Source of the DNA: Fastidiosibacter lacustris
GTDB lineage: Bacteria; Pseudomonadota; Gammaproteobacteria; Francisellales; Francisellaceae
Direction: 5' to 3'
Length of the DNA stretch: 32,000 nt
Assembly (NCBI RefSeq): GCF_003428155.1
Contig: NZ_QLIR01000006.1
Span: forward strand, 1-32,000
In this document: positions 9,811-20,393 of the stretch, piece by piece
Layout: each line of letters starts with the position of its first letter
Position numbering within the stretch: the first letter of the stretch is position 1
Notes under the pieces: generated by a model
Databases searched by the model: none
The model's input: only the letters and a program-made list of their open reading frames with translations
What the model was told of the DNA's origin: nothing
Translations under genes and position numbers: made by a program

Positions 9811-10906
9811 ATGGAAGTAAATAGCTATAAAACACAATTAAAAGATATGGGTGAACGCTTGGATATCCTGAGGAGGTATCTTTGACTTTGTACACAAAAA
9901 AGAACGACTCGATGAAGTACTGATGGAGCTTGAAAACCCGGCAATTTGGAACAATCCAGAGAATGCACAAGCCTTAGGGAAAGAAAAAAACACATTAGAG
10001 CTTATCGTGAATAATATTACCCAAATTGATAACGGTCTTGATGATGCATTAGAACTCATTGAGCTTGCGCAAGAGGCTGAAGATGAAAGTATTTTGCATG
10101 AGATTATTGCAGAAATACATTCTTTAGAGGGTTCACTTGCAAAACTTGAATTTATGCGGATGTTCAGTAATCCGATGGATCCAAATAACGCATTTTTAGA
10201 TATTCAATCTGGCTCTGGAGGAACAGAAGCGCAAGATTGGGCACAGATGCTGATGCGAATCTATTTGCGTTGGGGTGAAGCACATGGCTTTAAAACGGAG
10301 CTTATCGAAGTATCTGACGGTGATGTCGCGGGCATTAAAAGCTGTACGATTCACTTTGAAGGTGAGTATGCCTATGGTTGGCTTCGTACAGAAACAGGTG
10401 TACATCGTTTAGTACGTAAATCTCCTTTTGATTCAGGTAATCGCCGTCATACTTCATTTGCCTCGGTATTCGTTTCACCTGAAGTCAGTGACAATATCGA
10501 AATTGAGATCAATCCAGCAGATTTACGTATCGATACTTATCGCGCGTCAGGAGCAGGTGGTCAGCATGTCAATAGAACTGACTCAGCTGTACGCATTACT
10601 CATGAACCAACAGGGATTGTGGTGCAATGTCAAACGGATCGCTCACAGCACAAAAACAAAGATCAGGCGATGAAACAACTTAAATCAAAGCTCTACGAGC
10701 TTGAAATGCAAAAACGTAATGTAGAAAAGCAGGCTTTAGAAGAGTCAAAATCAGATATTGGCTGGGGTAGTCAAATTCGCTCATATGTGCTTGATCAATC
10801 TCGTATTAAAGATTTGCGTACTGGTGTTGAAAATACAAATACGCAAGCTGTTTTGGATGGTGATTTAGATAGGTTTATTCAAGCAAGTTTAAAAATGGGA
10901 TTATAA
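9811..10906 (+). CDS. prfB: Peptide chain release factor 2 with programmed +1 frameshift (frame 1 9811-9882, frameshift at CTT TGA C, frame 2 from 9884)
   Basis: Frame 1 [24 protein letters not shown] then AGGAGGTAT CTT TGA C (9871-9886), continuing in the +1 frame as [22 protein letters not shown]; GGQ motif (GAGGQHVN) and SPF motif ([10 protein letters not shown]). Confidence 0.97.
9871..9886 (+). promoter_or_regulatory. prfB: RF2 programmed frameshift signal (internal SD AGGAGG + CUU UGA C)
   Basis: AGGAGG-TAT-CTT-TGA-C at the position known from RF2 autoregulation; zero frame ends in TGA at 9883-9885 and the +1 frame encodes the rest of RF2. Confidence 0.96.
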
Positions 10907-10922
10907 AAAATAAACTTAGGTA

Positions 10923-12467
10923 ATGATAATGGCAGAGCAAATTGAAGATAAAGTATTGACAAAAGAAGAAGTGCAAGTAGAAGAAAATAATCAAATTCAG
11001 GTGCGAAAGGAAAAACTAAAAGAGCATATAGCAAAAAATAATAGCATTGGTTTTACCAATGATTTTAAACCCAATGCAGTAGCTGCATGTTTACAGGCAA
11101 AATATGGCACAATGGAAAAAGCGGAGCTTGAAACACAACAAGATAAGCCGATTGTTAAAGTAGCCGGGCGTATTATGCTAAGGCGTGTTATGGGGAAGGC
11201 TTCTTTTATTACACTACAAGATATGTCTGGTCGCATTCAGGCTTATATTCGCAAAAATGACTTGCCAGAAGGTGAATACGAGCGTTTTAATGCACATTGG
11301 GACTTGGGCGATATTGTAGGCATTGAAGGAACAATTTTTAAAACGAATACGGGTGAGTTATCGGTACATGCAACAAACGTTAAGTTGCTGACTAAAGCGA
11401 TTCGTCCACTCCCAGATAAATTTCATGGACTTTCAGATCAAGAAATGCGTTATCGTCAACGTTATGTCGATCTAATGACCAATGAAGAAAGTCGTCGAGT
11501 ATTTAAAATACGATCAAAGATAATTCAATTTATTCGTCGATATTTTGACGAACATTACTTTATGGAAGTTGAAACTCCAATGATGCACGTTATCCCAGGT
11601 GGTGCTGCGGCTAAACCGTTTGCGACACATCATAATGCACTTGATATGCCACTTTATTTACGTATTGCACCTGAGTTGTATTTAAAGCGTTTAGTAGTCG
11701 GTGGTTTTGATCGTGTTTATGAAATTAATCGCAACTTTAGAAATGAAGGGTTATCTACGCGTCACAATCCTGAATTTACAATGATTGAATTTTATCAAGC
11801 CTATGCTGATTACAAAGATCTGATGGATTTAACCGAAGACTTGTTGCGTAAAATGGCACAAGAAGTATTGGGCATGACCGATATTCATTATCAAGGTCAG
11901 GATTTTGACTTGGCAAAACCATTTGTGCGTATGACTATGTTCGACGCTATATTGCACTTTAACCCTAAGATCACAAAAGAAGCATTATCTGACTTTCAAC
12001 AAGCCGTGTTGATTGCTAAAAAAATGAATCTCAAAATCGAAGCACATTATGGTTTAGGAAAGGTGCAAACCGCGATTTTTGAAGAAACAGTTGAGCATCA
12101 ATTGATTCAGCCAATATTTATTACCGAATATCCAGCGGAAGTATCACCACTCGCACGTAGAAACGATCATAATCCATTTATCACAGATCGATTTGAGTTT
12201 TTTATTGGTGGACGTGAAATTGCCAATGGCTTCTCTGAATTAAATGATTCAGAAGATCAAGCAGAACGCTTCAAAGAGCAGGTTGTAGCTAAAAATGCTG
12301 GTGATGATGAAGCTATGTTTTATGATGCTGACTATATTCGTGCCTTGGAATATGGCTTAGCACCAACCGCAGGTGAGGGTATTGGTATCGATCGCTTGGT
12401 AATGTTCTTCACCAATAGCGCATCCATTCGTGATGTAATCCTGTTCCCCCATATGAGACCTGAGTAG
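10923..12467 (+). CDS. lysS: Lysyl-tRNA synthetase, class II
   Basis: Class II aaRS motifs ([26 protein letters not shown]; [29 protein letters not shown]); downstream of prfB as in many proteobacteria. Confidence 0.97.
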   Translation: MIMAEQIEDKVLTKEEVQVEENNQIQVRKEKLKEHIAKNNSIGFTNDFKPNAVAACLQAKYGTMEKAELETQQDKPIVKVAGRIMLRRVMGKASFITLQDMSGRIQAYIRKNDLPEGEYERFNAHWDLGDIVGIEGTIFKTNTGELSVHATNVKLLTKAIRPLPDKFHGLSDQEMRYRQRYVDLMTNEESRRVFKIRSKIIQFIRRYFDEHYFMEVETPMMHVIPGGAAAKPFATHHNALDMPLYLRIAPELYLKRLVVGGFDRVYEINRNFRNEGLSTRHNPEFTMIEFYQAYADYKDLMDLTEDLLRKMAQEVLGMTDIHYQGQDFDLAKPFVRMTMFDAILHFNPKITKEALSDFQQAVLIAKKMNLKIEAHYGLGKVQTAIFEETVEHQLIQPIFITEYPAEVSPLARRNDHNPFITDRFEFFIGGREIANGFSELNDSEDQAERFKEQVVAKNAGDDEAMFYDADYIRALEYGLAPTAGEGIGIDRLVMFFTNSASIRDVILFPHMRPE

Positions 12468-12482
12468 AGAAGAAGGGAATAA

Positions 12483-13709
12483 TTAACGAGGCACTTTAAC
12501 AACAAACGTGCCTGCGATAATAATAGCAATAGCTGCAAGGTAAAACGGCAATAATAGATAGATGTTAACCAGCATCCCTAAAGTAAAAGCATTGATTGCC
12601 CAGGCAATCCCGAACACAGAGGTCGTTCCACCCATGATCACGCCTTGTTCATGAGTATCTACTTTGCTTGCGATGACAGACAACAATGCCGTATAAAATA
12701 CTATTTCTAACAGTGATCCGAAAAATGCACTAATAACCATAGAAGTTGGAGTGATCCAGATGGTACACACAATAATTAATGCTCCAATGAGAATAGCTGT
12801 TGTAATCATTGCTTGAATTGTATTTAATCTTTTTAGTACGACATTTTGAAAGTAAAGCGTTGAAGTAGCAAAACCCAAACTCATAATCACAAATACAAAA
12901 CCAATAGCAGCAGACTCAAAGTGGAGGGTCTGTGCCAGTACCAAAGGTAACGTTTGTGCGTAATAACCCCAACCGATTTGTAACATTAAAAAGGCAAGTG
13001 CAAGGATTTGTACGCGTTTGTCAATAAACATGATTCTGAAGCTAAATATTAGACTAAATATTTTAAGCTTTGTGGTTTTTTGAATACGATTGGTATAGGT
13101 TTCTGGCAAAAGCAACCAAACACTGAGTATATTAATTATCGATAAACCTACGCCAAACCAAAATGGGAGGTTGATCGCCTGATATTCTGTTTGTGCTAAC
13201 AATCCAACAACGGTTGTAATAAGTGGTCCCAAAACAAAGCCAATAGATGCAGAAAGCGTGATTAAGCTTAAGTTTTTTATTCGTTTTTCATCACTGGAAA
13301 TATCAAGAATAACAGCCTGAGCAATCCCAAAACTTCCACCAAAAAAACCACAAATAAAGCGGCTTAGCATAAAAATCATAAGCGATTGACAGTTAAGAGC
13401 AATAACCGATAACAGGTAAGCAACAGCTGTGCCAAGTAGCGAAACAAGAATTATAAGCTTGCGTCCATGAATGTCTGATAGTTTGCCTATGATCGCACTG
13501 CCAAGAAAAATACCTAAAGGCCAAAGTGCCATCGATAAACCATAATAAAAATTACGTACTGAATCAATTGTATCAATGTTAAAAAAAGGACTTTGTTTAG
13601 ACATCATGATCTCGGGAATAATAGGGAAAACAAGTCCTACTCCCATGACATCAATAACGATGGTTAGCATTAAAATGCTGATTAATAAGCGATTATTTGT
13701 TGTTTGCAT
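12483..13709 (-). CDS. MFS transporter, TCR/Tet-like drug exporter family
   Basis: 12-TM-like protein with VMGVGLVFPIIPEI, GSAIIGKLSDIHGRKLIILVSLLGTAVAYLL, ISRF(I)CGFFGGSFGIAQAVILDI type motifs. Confidence 0.87.
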   Translation of the reverse strand: MQTTNNRLLISILMLTIVIDVMGVGLVFPIIPEIMMSKQSPFFNIDTIDSVRNFYYGLSMALWPLGIFLGSAIIGKLSDIHGRKLIILVSLLGTAVAYLLSVIALNCQSLMIFMLSRFICGFFGGSFGIAQAVILDISSDEKRIKNLSLITLSASIGFVLGPLITTVVGLLAQTEYQAINLPFWFGVGLSIINILSVWLLLPETYTNRIQKTTKLKIFSLIFSFRIMFIDKRVQILALAFLMLQIGWGYYAQTLPLVLAQTLHFESAAIGFVFVIMSLGFATSTLYFQNVVLKRLNTIQAMITTAILIGALIIVCTIWITPTSMVISAFFGSLLEIVFYTALLSVIASKVDTHEQGVIMGGTTSVFGIAWAINAFTLGMLVNIYLLLPFYLAAIAIIIAGTFVVKVPR

Positions 13710-13738
13710 AAATCATTACCGATAAAAAATTCGTTTAT

Positions 13739-13943
13739 TTATTTAAGTTTCTCAAGCATCAGCACCTGTTTGCTTGATTGAGATGCCACCAGTATAGTCT
13801 CCAACCTGACCATTTAGTCTAATAACTCTATAACAAGGGACAATAATTGAAATTGGATTTTTAGCATTGGCGGAACCAGCTGTAAAAGTTAAAGGTGTTT
13901 TATAAATTATTTTAGAGTATTTATTGTTTTCTCTCATCTTCAT
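13739..13943 (-). pseudogene. Relic of the C-terminus of a methylated-DNA--[protein]-cysteine S-methyltransferase (Ogt-type)
   Basis: SANAKNPISIIVPCYRVIRLNGQVGDYTGGISIKQ matches the Ogt/MGMT C-terminal PCHRV region (here PCYRV). A frameshift near 13766-13772 separates it from VLMLEKLK* in another frame; the N-terminal domain is absent. Confidence 0.7.
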
Positions 13944-14122
13944 ATGCCATAAAGCTTATATTTTCAGTATTTTAAGCATTATCAATTTTTTTTGAAGGAT
14001 AACAAGTTTTGTATATTATAAAAATTGATTTTATTTTCAACGACTGCTGTTGATAATCAATAGAGGTTAACCTTTAGTCTCAAAAATATAGTTAGTTCAT
14101 CAGTCGAAATAAAGATAATATA

Positions 14123-14650
14123 TTGGAAAGTAAGACACTTAAAACTTGCACAGTAAAAATGAAAAAACTAAATAATACCCTCATTCAAAAAATGCTAATG
14201 GATGCGCACGCGTCGCCAAGGTTAAGGTCACACCATAATTTACATTCTGAGTTAAGTGATCCAGTCAACAGACTGTGTATAGCCTTAACAAAAGGCACCT
14301 ATATTCGTCCACATCGTCACTCCGAGTCACATAAATGGGAACTCATCTTAGCACTTAAAGGTCAAACAGCTGTTGTTATTTACGATGATAAGGGTGTGAT
14401 AATTGATAAGTTTATAATTGCACCAAATACTGATATGATGGGTTTTGAAATACCATCAAACACTTGGCATTCGTTTTATGCGTTGTCAGATGAGTCTGTA
14501 TTTTTTGAAGTAAAACCTGGACCTTTTGAGCCAACCCCTGAAACGGATTTTGCAAATTGGGCACCAAAAGAAAGCGAAGTTCATACCATTGATTTTCTAG
14601 CTTGGCAGTTTATTGCGGGACTGGGAGAGAAATATAGAGCTAAACCATAA
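14123..14650 (+). CDS. WbuC-like cupin-fold metalloprotein
   Basis: Metal-binding-like RPHRHSESHKWELILALKGQTAVVIYDDKG; RLCIAL and FFEVKPGPFEPT. An alternative start MKKLNN lies at about 14159. Confidence 0.75.
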   Translation: MESKTLKTCTVKMKKLNNTLIQKMLMDAHASPRLRSHHNLHSELSDPVNRLCIALTKGTYIRPHRHSESHKWELILALKGQTAVVIYDDKGVIIDKFIIAPNTDMMGFEIPSNTWHSFYALSDESVFFEVKPGPFEPTPETDFANWAPKESEVHTIDFLAWQFIAGLGEKYRAKP

Positions 14651-15825
14651 TGCTTAAAACAGCGCTTCAAATTTTTTGTATATTTTTAAAGCTAGGGCTG
14701 ACTTCCTTTGGTGGTCCTATTGCGCATCTTGGCTACTTCCATCATGAGTTTGTTGATAGAAGGAAATGGCTATCTGAAAAAGCATATTTGGATGTGGTGG
14801 TGCTTTGTCAATTTTTACCTGGTCCTACTAGTAGTCAAGTGAGCTTTGCTATTGGTTTAAATCGTGCAGGTTATCTCGGAGGAATAGCCTCATGGCTTGG
14901 ATTTACTTTACCATCAGTCCTCATATTAAGTCTTTTTGCCTGGTTGATGGGTGCTAATCAATCTTGGGCTAATACAAGTGTTATTCATGGATTGAAAATT
15001 GTGGCTGTTGTCATTATTACACAAGCAGTTTATTCAATGAGTATAAAGATTTGCAATACAACTAAAACTATGGCAATTGCAATAGCAGCTACTTGTGTTG
15101 CTTTGCTTTTACCATTTGCTTGGGCGCAAGTTCTTATTATTCTTTTTGCTGCTTTGTTTGGAATTTTATTATTAAATCAAAATCATATGACTGGCTTAGA
15201 TTTTTTCTCATCAAAAATTAGTAAGAGAGCAGGAGCGCTATGGTTGATATCTTTTTTTATCTTGCTATTGGTGTTTCCAGTGTTGAATTGGCTGCAAAGT
15301 AGCAAACTATTAGAGTTGTTTAATATTTTTTATCAAACAGGTGCAATGGTTTTTGGTGGTGGACATGTGGTGTTACCTTTATTAGAGGCTAAGCTTGTCC
15401 AGACTGGATTGGTTTCTCAATCAGACTTTTTAGCAGGTTATGGCTTAGCGCAAGCAATTCCTAGTCCTTTGTTTAGCTTTGCTGCTTATTTAGGAGGAAT
15501 TATTGATACAAATAAACCGGTTTTTACAAGCTTAGTTTGCTTAATTGCAATGTTTTTATCAGGTTTCTTATTACTTATGGCTGTTTTACCGTTTTGGCAG
15601 CAAGTTTGTCAAAGGACAAAGGTACAAACAGCACTTAAAGGAGTAAATGCTGCTGTAGTTGGTTTATTATTAGCTGCACTGTATCAACCTGTATGGATAA
15701 GTAGTATTTTAAATACTAAAAGCTTTGTGATTGCTTTGATGTCATTTTGGCTATTACAGGGCTATAAATTAGCGCCTTGGTGTATTGTGGTATTTTGCGC
15801 TTTATGTGGTTGGTTGCTTTTGTAA
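14650..15825 (+). CDS. chrA: Chromate transporter family protein (ChrA, two-domain)
   Basis: Duplicated CHR-like domains: KLGLTSFGGPIAHLGYFHHEFVDRRKWLSE...FLPGPTSSQVSFAIG and GAMVFGGGHVVLPLLEAKLV...DFLAGYGLAQAIPSPLFSFAAYLG; start codon overlaps the preceding stop. Confidence 0.9.
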   Translation: MLKTALQIFCIFLKLGLTSFGGPIAHLGYFHHEFVDRRKWLSEKAYLDVVVLCQFLPGPTSSQVSFAIGLNRAGYLGGIASWLGFTLPSVLILSLFAWLMGANQSWANTSVIHGLKIVAVVIITQAVYSMSIKICNTTKTMAIAIAATCVALLLPFAWAQVLIILFAALFGILLLNQNHMTGLDFFSSKISKRAGALWLISFFILLLVFPVLNWLQSSKLLELFNIFYQTGAMVFGGGHVVLPLLEAKLVQTGLVSQSDFLAGYGLAQAIPSPLFSFAAYLGGIIDTNKPVFTSLVCLIAMFLSGFLLLMAVLPFWQQVCQRTKVQTALKGVNAAVVGLLLAALYQPVWISSILNTKSFVIALMSFWLLQGYKLAPWCIVVFCALCGWLLL

Positions 15826-15831
15826 CGTGCG

Positions 15832-16647
15832 TTAGAGAGCTTTAAAATTAAATAAACTCTGATCCAATAGTTGCGAAGGGGAAACTGATTTTAATGAAGA
15901 GAAAATAACTTCTTTTCTACCAGGAGTTTGTGCTTCCATATCTGTTAGCATTTCTTTAACTTTCTTGCGTTGAAGGTTTTCTTGAGCGCCACATAAATTG
16001 CAAGGAATAATCGGAAAGTTCATTTGTGCAGCATAAGTGATGATCTCCTCTTCGCTGACATATGCTAACGGGCGAATAACAATATTGCGACCATCGTCGC
16101 TTTTAAGCTTAGCTGGCATCGCTTTTAGTTGTCCATTGTAAAATAAATTTAAGAAAAAAGTTTCAACTATATCGTCTTTGTGATGACCAAGTGCGATTTT
16201 AGTTACCTTATTTTTGTATGCAAAATCGTATAAAATTCCACGGCGCATTCTAGAGCAAAGACTACAAGTCGTTTTACCTTCGGGTATAATCCGCTTAACT
16301 ACACTATAGGTATCACGCTCAATAATATGATATTCAATATCAAGTTTACTTAAATAGTTTGGTAGTACATCTTTTGGAAAGCCAGGTTGTTTTTGGTCAA
16401 GGTTAACGGCGATGATCTCAAATGAGATAGGTGCTTTTTTCTGTAAAATCAACAATAACTGTAACAATGTATACGAGTCTTTGCCACCAGATAGACAGAC
16501 CATAATTTTGTCATTGGCTTCTATCATATTAAAGTCTTCGATTGCAAGTCCAACCTTGCGCAAAAGACGTTTTTCAAGCTTTGGAAATGGTAAAGCAAGT
16601 AAATCTGTTTTAATTTCAGGAAGTTCAACTTGAATCATTTTGATCAT
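15832..16647 (-). CDS. ttcA: tRNA 2-thiocytidine(32) synthetase TtcA
   Basis: PP-loop SGGKDS; [13 protein letters not shown]; [21 protein letters not shown]. Confidence 0.95.
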   Translation of the reverse strand: MIKMIQVELPEIKTDLLALPFPKLEKRLLRKVGLAIEDFNMIEANDKIMVCLSGGKDSYTLLQLLLILQKKAPISFEIIAVNLDQKQPGFPKDVLPNYLSKLDIEYHIIERDTYSVVKRIIPEGKTTCSLCSRMRRGILYDFAYKNKVTKIALGHHKDDIVETFFLNLFYNGQLKAMPAKLKSDDGRNIVIRPLAYVSEEEIITYAAQMNFPIIPCNLCGAQENLQRKKVKEMLTDMEAQTPGRKEVIFSSLKSVSPSQLLDQSLFNFKAL

Positions 16648-16740
16648 AAGGTTAAGAGCGTTGCGCTATGATATCTCACTTATAAATCATTGAAAAGTTA
16701 GGACTTAAAGTAAAGCCGTCTGGAATAGACAAAATCTAAC

Positions 16741-17403
16741 TTACTTTTTTCTTACAATTGTTACGCCATCTCCTATCGGTAACAAGGAGGCGTCAACACG
16801 CTGATCATCTTTAATCATCTGATTGACCTCTCTAGTGGTTTGGATGCTTTCATTGACAACATTTGGATCGGCAACTTTACCATTACGTAACATGTTATCT
16901 AGTACCATAATGCCATTCGTTTTTAGCAGTTTATAACTTTTAGCATAGTAATCTAGATAACCTCCTTTATCAGCATCAATATAAATAAAATCAAAAGAAT
17001 TACCTTCATTTTGATCAATTAGTAGCTGTAAGGTATCGCTTGCTGGTGCAATTTTTAACTGAATCTTGTGAGCGACATTTGCCTGGTGCCAAAATGTTTT
17101 ATATTCATTTAGGTATTCATCGGTAACATCACAGGCGTAAACGATGCCATCTTGAGGCAAGGCTTCGGCAATCGCGAGTGTGCCAACACCTCGAAATACA
17201 CCAACTTCAATCGTTTTTTTTGCATTGATTAGTCTAATTAAAAGCTGCATAAAGTGAAGTTGTTCTGGTGCGGTGATCATTTGCGCATGTTGGTCTTGAC
17301 GTGCATGCTCAAATAACTTTTTTTGGATATTACTGTTTGTTGGAGTGTTATCTAAAATGTACTGATGAAGCGCTTGTTCTTTTAGCAAAGTGTCTAAACT
17401 CAT
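16741..17403 (-). CDS. SAM-dependent O-methyltransferase (caffeoyl-CoA OMT-like family 3)
   Basis: KTIEVGVFRGVGTLAIAEALPQDGIVYACDV; DFIYIDADKGGYLDYY; IMVLDNMLRNGKVADP. Confidence 0.88.
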   Translation of the reverse strand: MSLDTLLKEQALHQYILDNTPTNSNIQKKLFEHARQDQHAQMITAPEQLHFMQLLIRLINAKKTIEVGVFRGVGTLAIAEALPQDGIVYACDVTDEYLNEYKTFWHQANVAHKIQLKIAPASDTLQLLIDQNEGNSFDFIYIDADKGGYLDYYAKSYKLLKTNGIMVLDNMLRNGKVADPNVVNESIQTTREVNQMIKDDQRVDASLLPIGDGVTIVRKK

Positions 17404-17597
17404 GATGAAAGTCTCCGTTACTTTTAATTTTTATGACTTAATTACTTTACCTATCTTGAGCGCAAATTTCTAGAAAGTTAGTTCTGGGTCATCAATGTGT
17501 AATTTCTAAATAATTATAAATTGTCTTTGACAATAAATTTGCTGTTTTGTAGACTCTTCGGGAATTTGGATTTGATGGGAAATTTAGAGGGAGATAA

Positions 17598-17987
17598 ATG
17601 GCTAAGAAGTTGGCACTTATTGGATTTGGTGCAGCTAATTTGTGTGTATTGACGCAATTGAACAAACACCTAAAATACAATGAGATTGAAATTGATATTT
17701 ACTCACCTTTAACAGGGGGGGGAGGTTTATTCGAGGCTTAGCCTATCAGGAAGATATAGATAAGTTGTTATTAAATCACCATCATAAATATATGTCTATC
17801 GACCTTGATGCTCCTGATGATTTTAGTTATTTGTGGAATAAAAGTTAATTATGCCACATCAGAAATTGCACCTAGGTTTTATGCAATTGGGCACTTAACC
17901 TGTGGCACTTTTTTATATACACAATCAATACCTCATTTGGCAAGCAGAGCTAAAACGATCGTTGAACATTTAATGGAGATAATATGA
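17598..17987 (+). pseudogene. Decayed FAD/NAD(P)-binding oxidoreductase gene (N- and C-terminal remnants, frameshift plus internal deletion)
   Basis: MAKKLALIGFGAANLCVLTQL...YSPLTGGGG then stop. RGLAYQEDIDKLLLNHHHKYMSIDLDAPDDFSYLW is in a second frame. APRFYAIGHLTCGTFLYTQSIPHLASRAKTIVEHLMEII* returns in the first frame and overlaps the next ATG as ATGA. Confidence 0.75.
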
Positions 17988-19159
17988 AAGTAATTACTGG
18001 TGGCTGGAAAATAATATCATTTATTGATCTTATGAAATTAAAAATCAATGAAGATACTGTAGTAATGACAGAAAATAATCATGATTTACTCGTTCATCTT
18101 AAGTCGTTGAACATATTTAAAGACGTGATTGGGTATGATGATTATTATAACAATAACAGCGTTTTGCGCGATATAGAACAACTGCATCAGCAACAAAACA
18201 TTACCGATATTATTCCTCTTTCTGAGGCGGATATATTACGGATGGCTGATTTGCGCGATAAGTTAAACATTCCTGGACAACGTTATAAAGAAGCTTTATT
18301 ACTTAGAAATAAACAGCACATGAAAGATAGAGCGGCAAGTTATGGTTTGCACACGGTAATTCCTAAACCAGTTAGCAAACTTGACTTCAATTATCCGTTT
18401 GTTTTAAAAAGTGAAGATGGGGTGGGTAGTTACAATACCTTTATTATCACCAGCAAAGATGACTACGAGAGAGTTAAACATCTCATTACAGACAATTATA
18501 TATTTGAACCATATATAGAAGGTGATATGTATATAATTGATGGTCTTGTATCAAGAGGTAAGGCAATCTATATTAATCCAGGCAGGTATATCGGGACCCC
18601 ACTTAATTTTGTTGGTGGCAATACACAGTCAGTGATGCCACTTTTTGAATATCATCCCTTTTATGATCAATTATTGAGTTATGGTAAAAATCTGGTTGAA
18701 AATGTTTACCCTATGCCCACGCATAGTTGGTTTCATATCGAAGTATTTGTCGATAAAAATGGCTATATAACGCTATGCGAGATTGCTTGCCGAGCTCCTG
18801 GGGTCAACATTCCATTTAACTATAAACTTTCACATGATACAGATATTAATGTTGAACATATTAATTTGCACTACATTCACAATTATGTATGCCCACCAAA
18901 AGTAATCAAAAATTATAAAGTGGGTTCTATGTTCGTTCCACCTAAAGAGGGAAAAATATTGGCTAAACCAAGGCTTCCAGATAGTCAAAATATTATTGAT
19001 ATTGTAGATATGCTAAAAGTGAATCATCAATATGAAAAAATGAAAATGAGTAATGATCCAATTTATAGAATAGTATTCAAAGCAAAGTCAGATCAAGAAT
19101 TTGACTTTATTGTATCAGAACTTAATGAGTGGGCTAGAAATTTGTTATGGGTCAACTAA
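17984..19159 (+). CDS. ATP-grasp ligase-like protein
   Basis: 391 aa; FVLKSEDGVGSYNTFIIT nucleotide-binding-like loop, WFHIEVFVDKNGYITLCEIACRAPGVNIP metal/ATP-binding C-terminal motif. Confidence 0.85.
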   Translation: MKVITGGWKIISFIDLMKLKINEDTVVMTENNHDLLVHLKSLNIFKDVIGYDDYYNNNSVLRDIEQLHQQQNITDIIPLSEADILRMADLRDKLNIPGQRYKEALLLRNKQHMKDRAASYGLHTVIPKPVSKLDFNYPFVLKSEDGVGSYNTFIITSKDDYERVKHLITDNYIFEPYIEGDMYIIDGLVSRGKAIYINPGRYIGTPLNFVGGNTQSVMPLFEYHPFYDQLLSYGKNLVENVYPMPTHSWFHIEVFVDKNGYITLCEIACRAPGVNIPFNYKLSHDTDINVEHINLHYIHNYVCPPKVIKNYKVGSMFVPPKEGKILAKPRLPDSQNIIDIVDMLKVNHQYEKMKMSNDPIYRIVFKAKSDQEFDFIVSELNEWARNLLWVN

Positions 19160-20344
19160 ATGTTGAAAATGTTTAGAATTATCCTTGATAATCGTGATTA
19201 TAGATACTTTTGGTTTGTTAATTTGGGAAGTAATACAGCTATATGGATGCAAACCATGCTGTTTGGTATTCTTGTATCGCAATTATCAAGTTCTGCATTA
19301 ACTAACTCATTAGTACACGTTGCTGCAACGCTTCCTTTCTTTTTACTATGTTTTATTGCTGGCATTATCGGGGACAGATTTAATCAATATTGGGTTATGT
19401 TAATTTGTCAATGTGCGCTTTCAATTACAGCAGTTGCATGTGCAACAATTGGTTATTTAGGTTTTTTTAACACATTTAATTTAATTGTTATTACGTTTAT
19501 TTTTGCAAGTATTATGAGTTTTAGAATGCCAACCTCAGTTGCATGTGTTGCTTCATTAGTCAGAGTTGATCAAGTTGCGTATGCCTCAGTTTTAAATAAC
19601 CTATGCTTTAATATTTCACGAAGTCTTGGACCTGCTTTAGTAGGAGTGTTATTACTGGTTGTCACTGCTCCTACTATATTTATTCTAAGCACAGTCATTT
19701 TTTTGTTGCCTGTAATTTACTTTTACAGATATAGAAAGAAAAAAAGCCTTACAGTTAGCAGAACCAAAAAACTAGAGGGAATAAGTCAATACATTAAGGA
19801 AAAATATTTCATTTATTGCTGTCTGGATATAATGATAATTATGTTTTCTTCTAGTGCAGTGTTAGCATTGTTACCCTACTTTGTGAAATATAATTTGGGT
19901 GGTGATGAAATTGCACAATCAAACTATATGGCTTGTATTGGATTAGGAGCATTTTCTACGATATTTGTTTTGCCTGTTTTGATTAAACGATTTTCTCGTC
20001 AACAGAATGTATTAATTTGTTATGGTTTAACCATATTTTCAACACTGTCATTTTTATTTTATAAATATGAAGATGAATGGGTAATTGCCATCAACTATTT
20101 TATATGTGGTCTTGCTTGGTCGATGTCAATATCGCTCATAAATGCAATGATTCAAGAACGTTATAGAGGGGAAATTGCAGCAAGGGTTATTGCTGTATAT
20201 TTTATGATGATGTACATAGGACAAGCGGCAGGAAGCTTGTTTTTTGGCGCGATATCTGAGTATTCAATGTTGCTGGCATTTGTAGTTGCATTAAGCATAC
20301 TGGTGCTGAGTATACTTACACGATATATTGGCGTTCGGATTTAA
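19160..20344 (+). CDS. MFS exporter, EntS-like/MFS_3
   Basis: DNRDYRYFWFVNLGSNTAIWMQTMLFGILV...GIIGDRFNQYWVMLICQ; ATG immediately follows the ATP-grasp TAA. Confidence 0.87.
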   Translation: MLKMFRIILDNRDYRYFWFVNLGSNTAIWMQTMLFGILVSQLSSSALTNSLVHVAATLPFFLLCFIAGIIGDRFNQYWVMLICQCALSITAVACATIGYLGFFNTFNLIVITFIFASIMSFRMPTSVACVASLVRVDQVAYASVLNNLCFNISRSLGPALVGVLLLVVTAPTIFILSTVIFLLPVIYFYRYRKKKSLTVSRTKKLEGISQYIKEKYFIYCCLDIMIIMFSSSAVLALLPYFVKYNLGGDEIAQSNYMACIGLGAFSTIFVLPVLIKRFSRQQNVLICYGLTIFSTLSFLFYKYEDEWVIAINYFICGLAWSMSISLINAMIQERYRGEIAARVIAVYFMMMYIGQAAGSLFFGAISEYSMLLAFVVALSILVLSILTRYIGVRI

Positions 20345-20393
20345 GCTTATTGAGACCATAACTGATGCCAGAGCACCTGTGGAAGATTAACTC

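Noticed and set aside
10196-10673. ORFs 10196-10405 (-) and 10428-10673 (+)
   Set aside because: Lie inside prfB in alternative frames.
17492-17680. 62-aa - strand ORF
   Set aside because: Overlaps the recognisable N-terminus of the decayed FAD/NAD(P)-binding gene on the opposite strand; no support.
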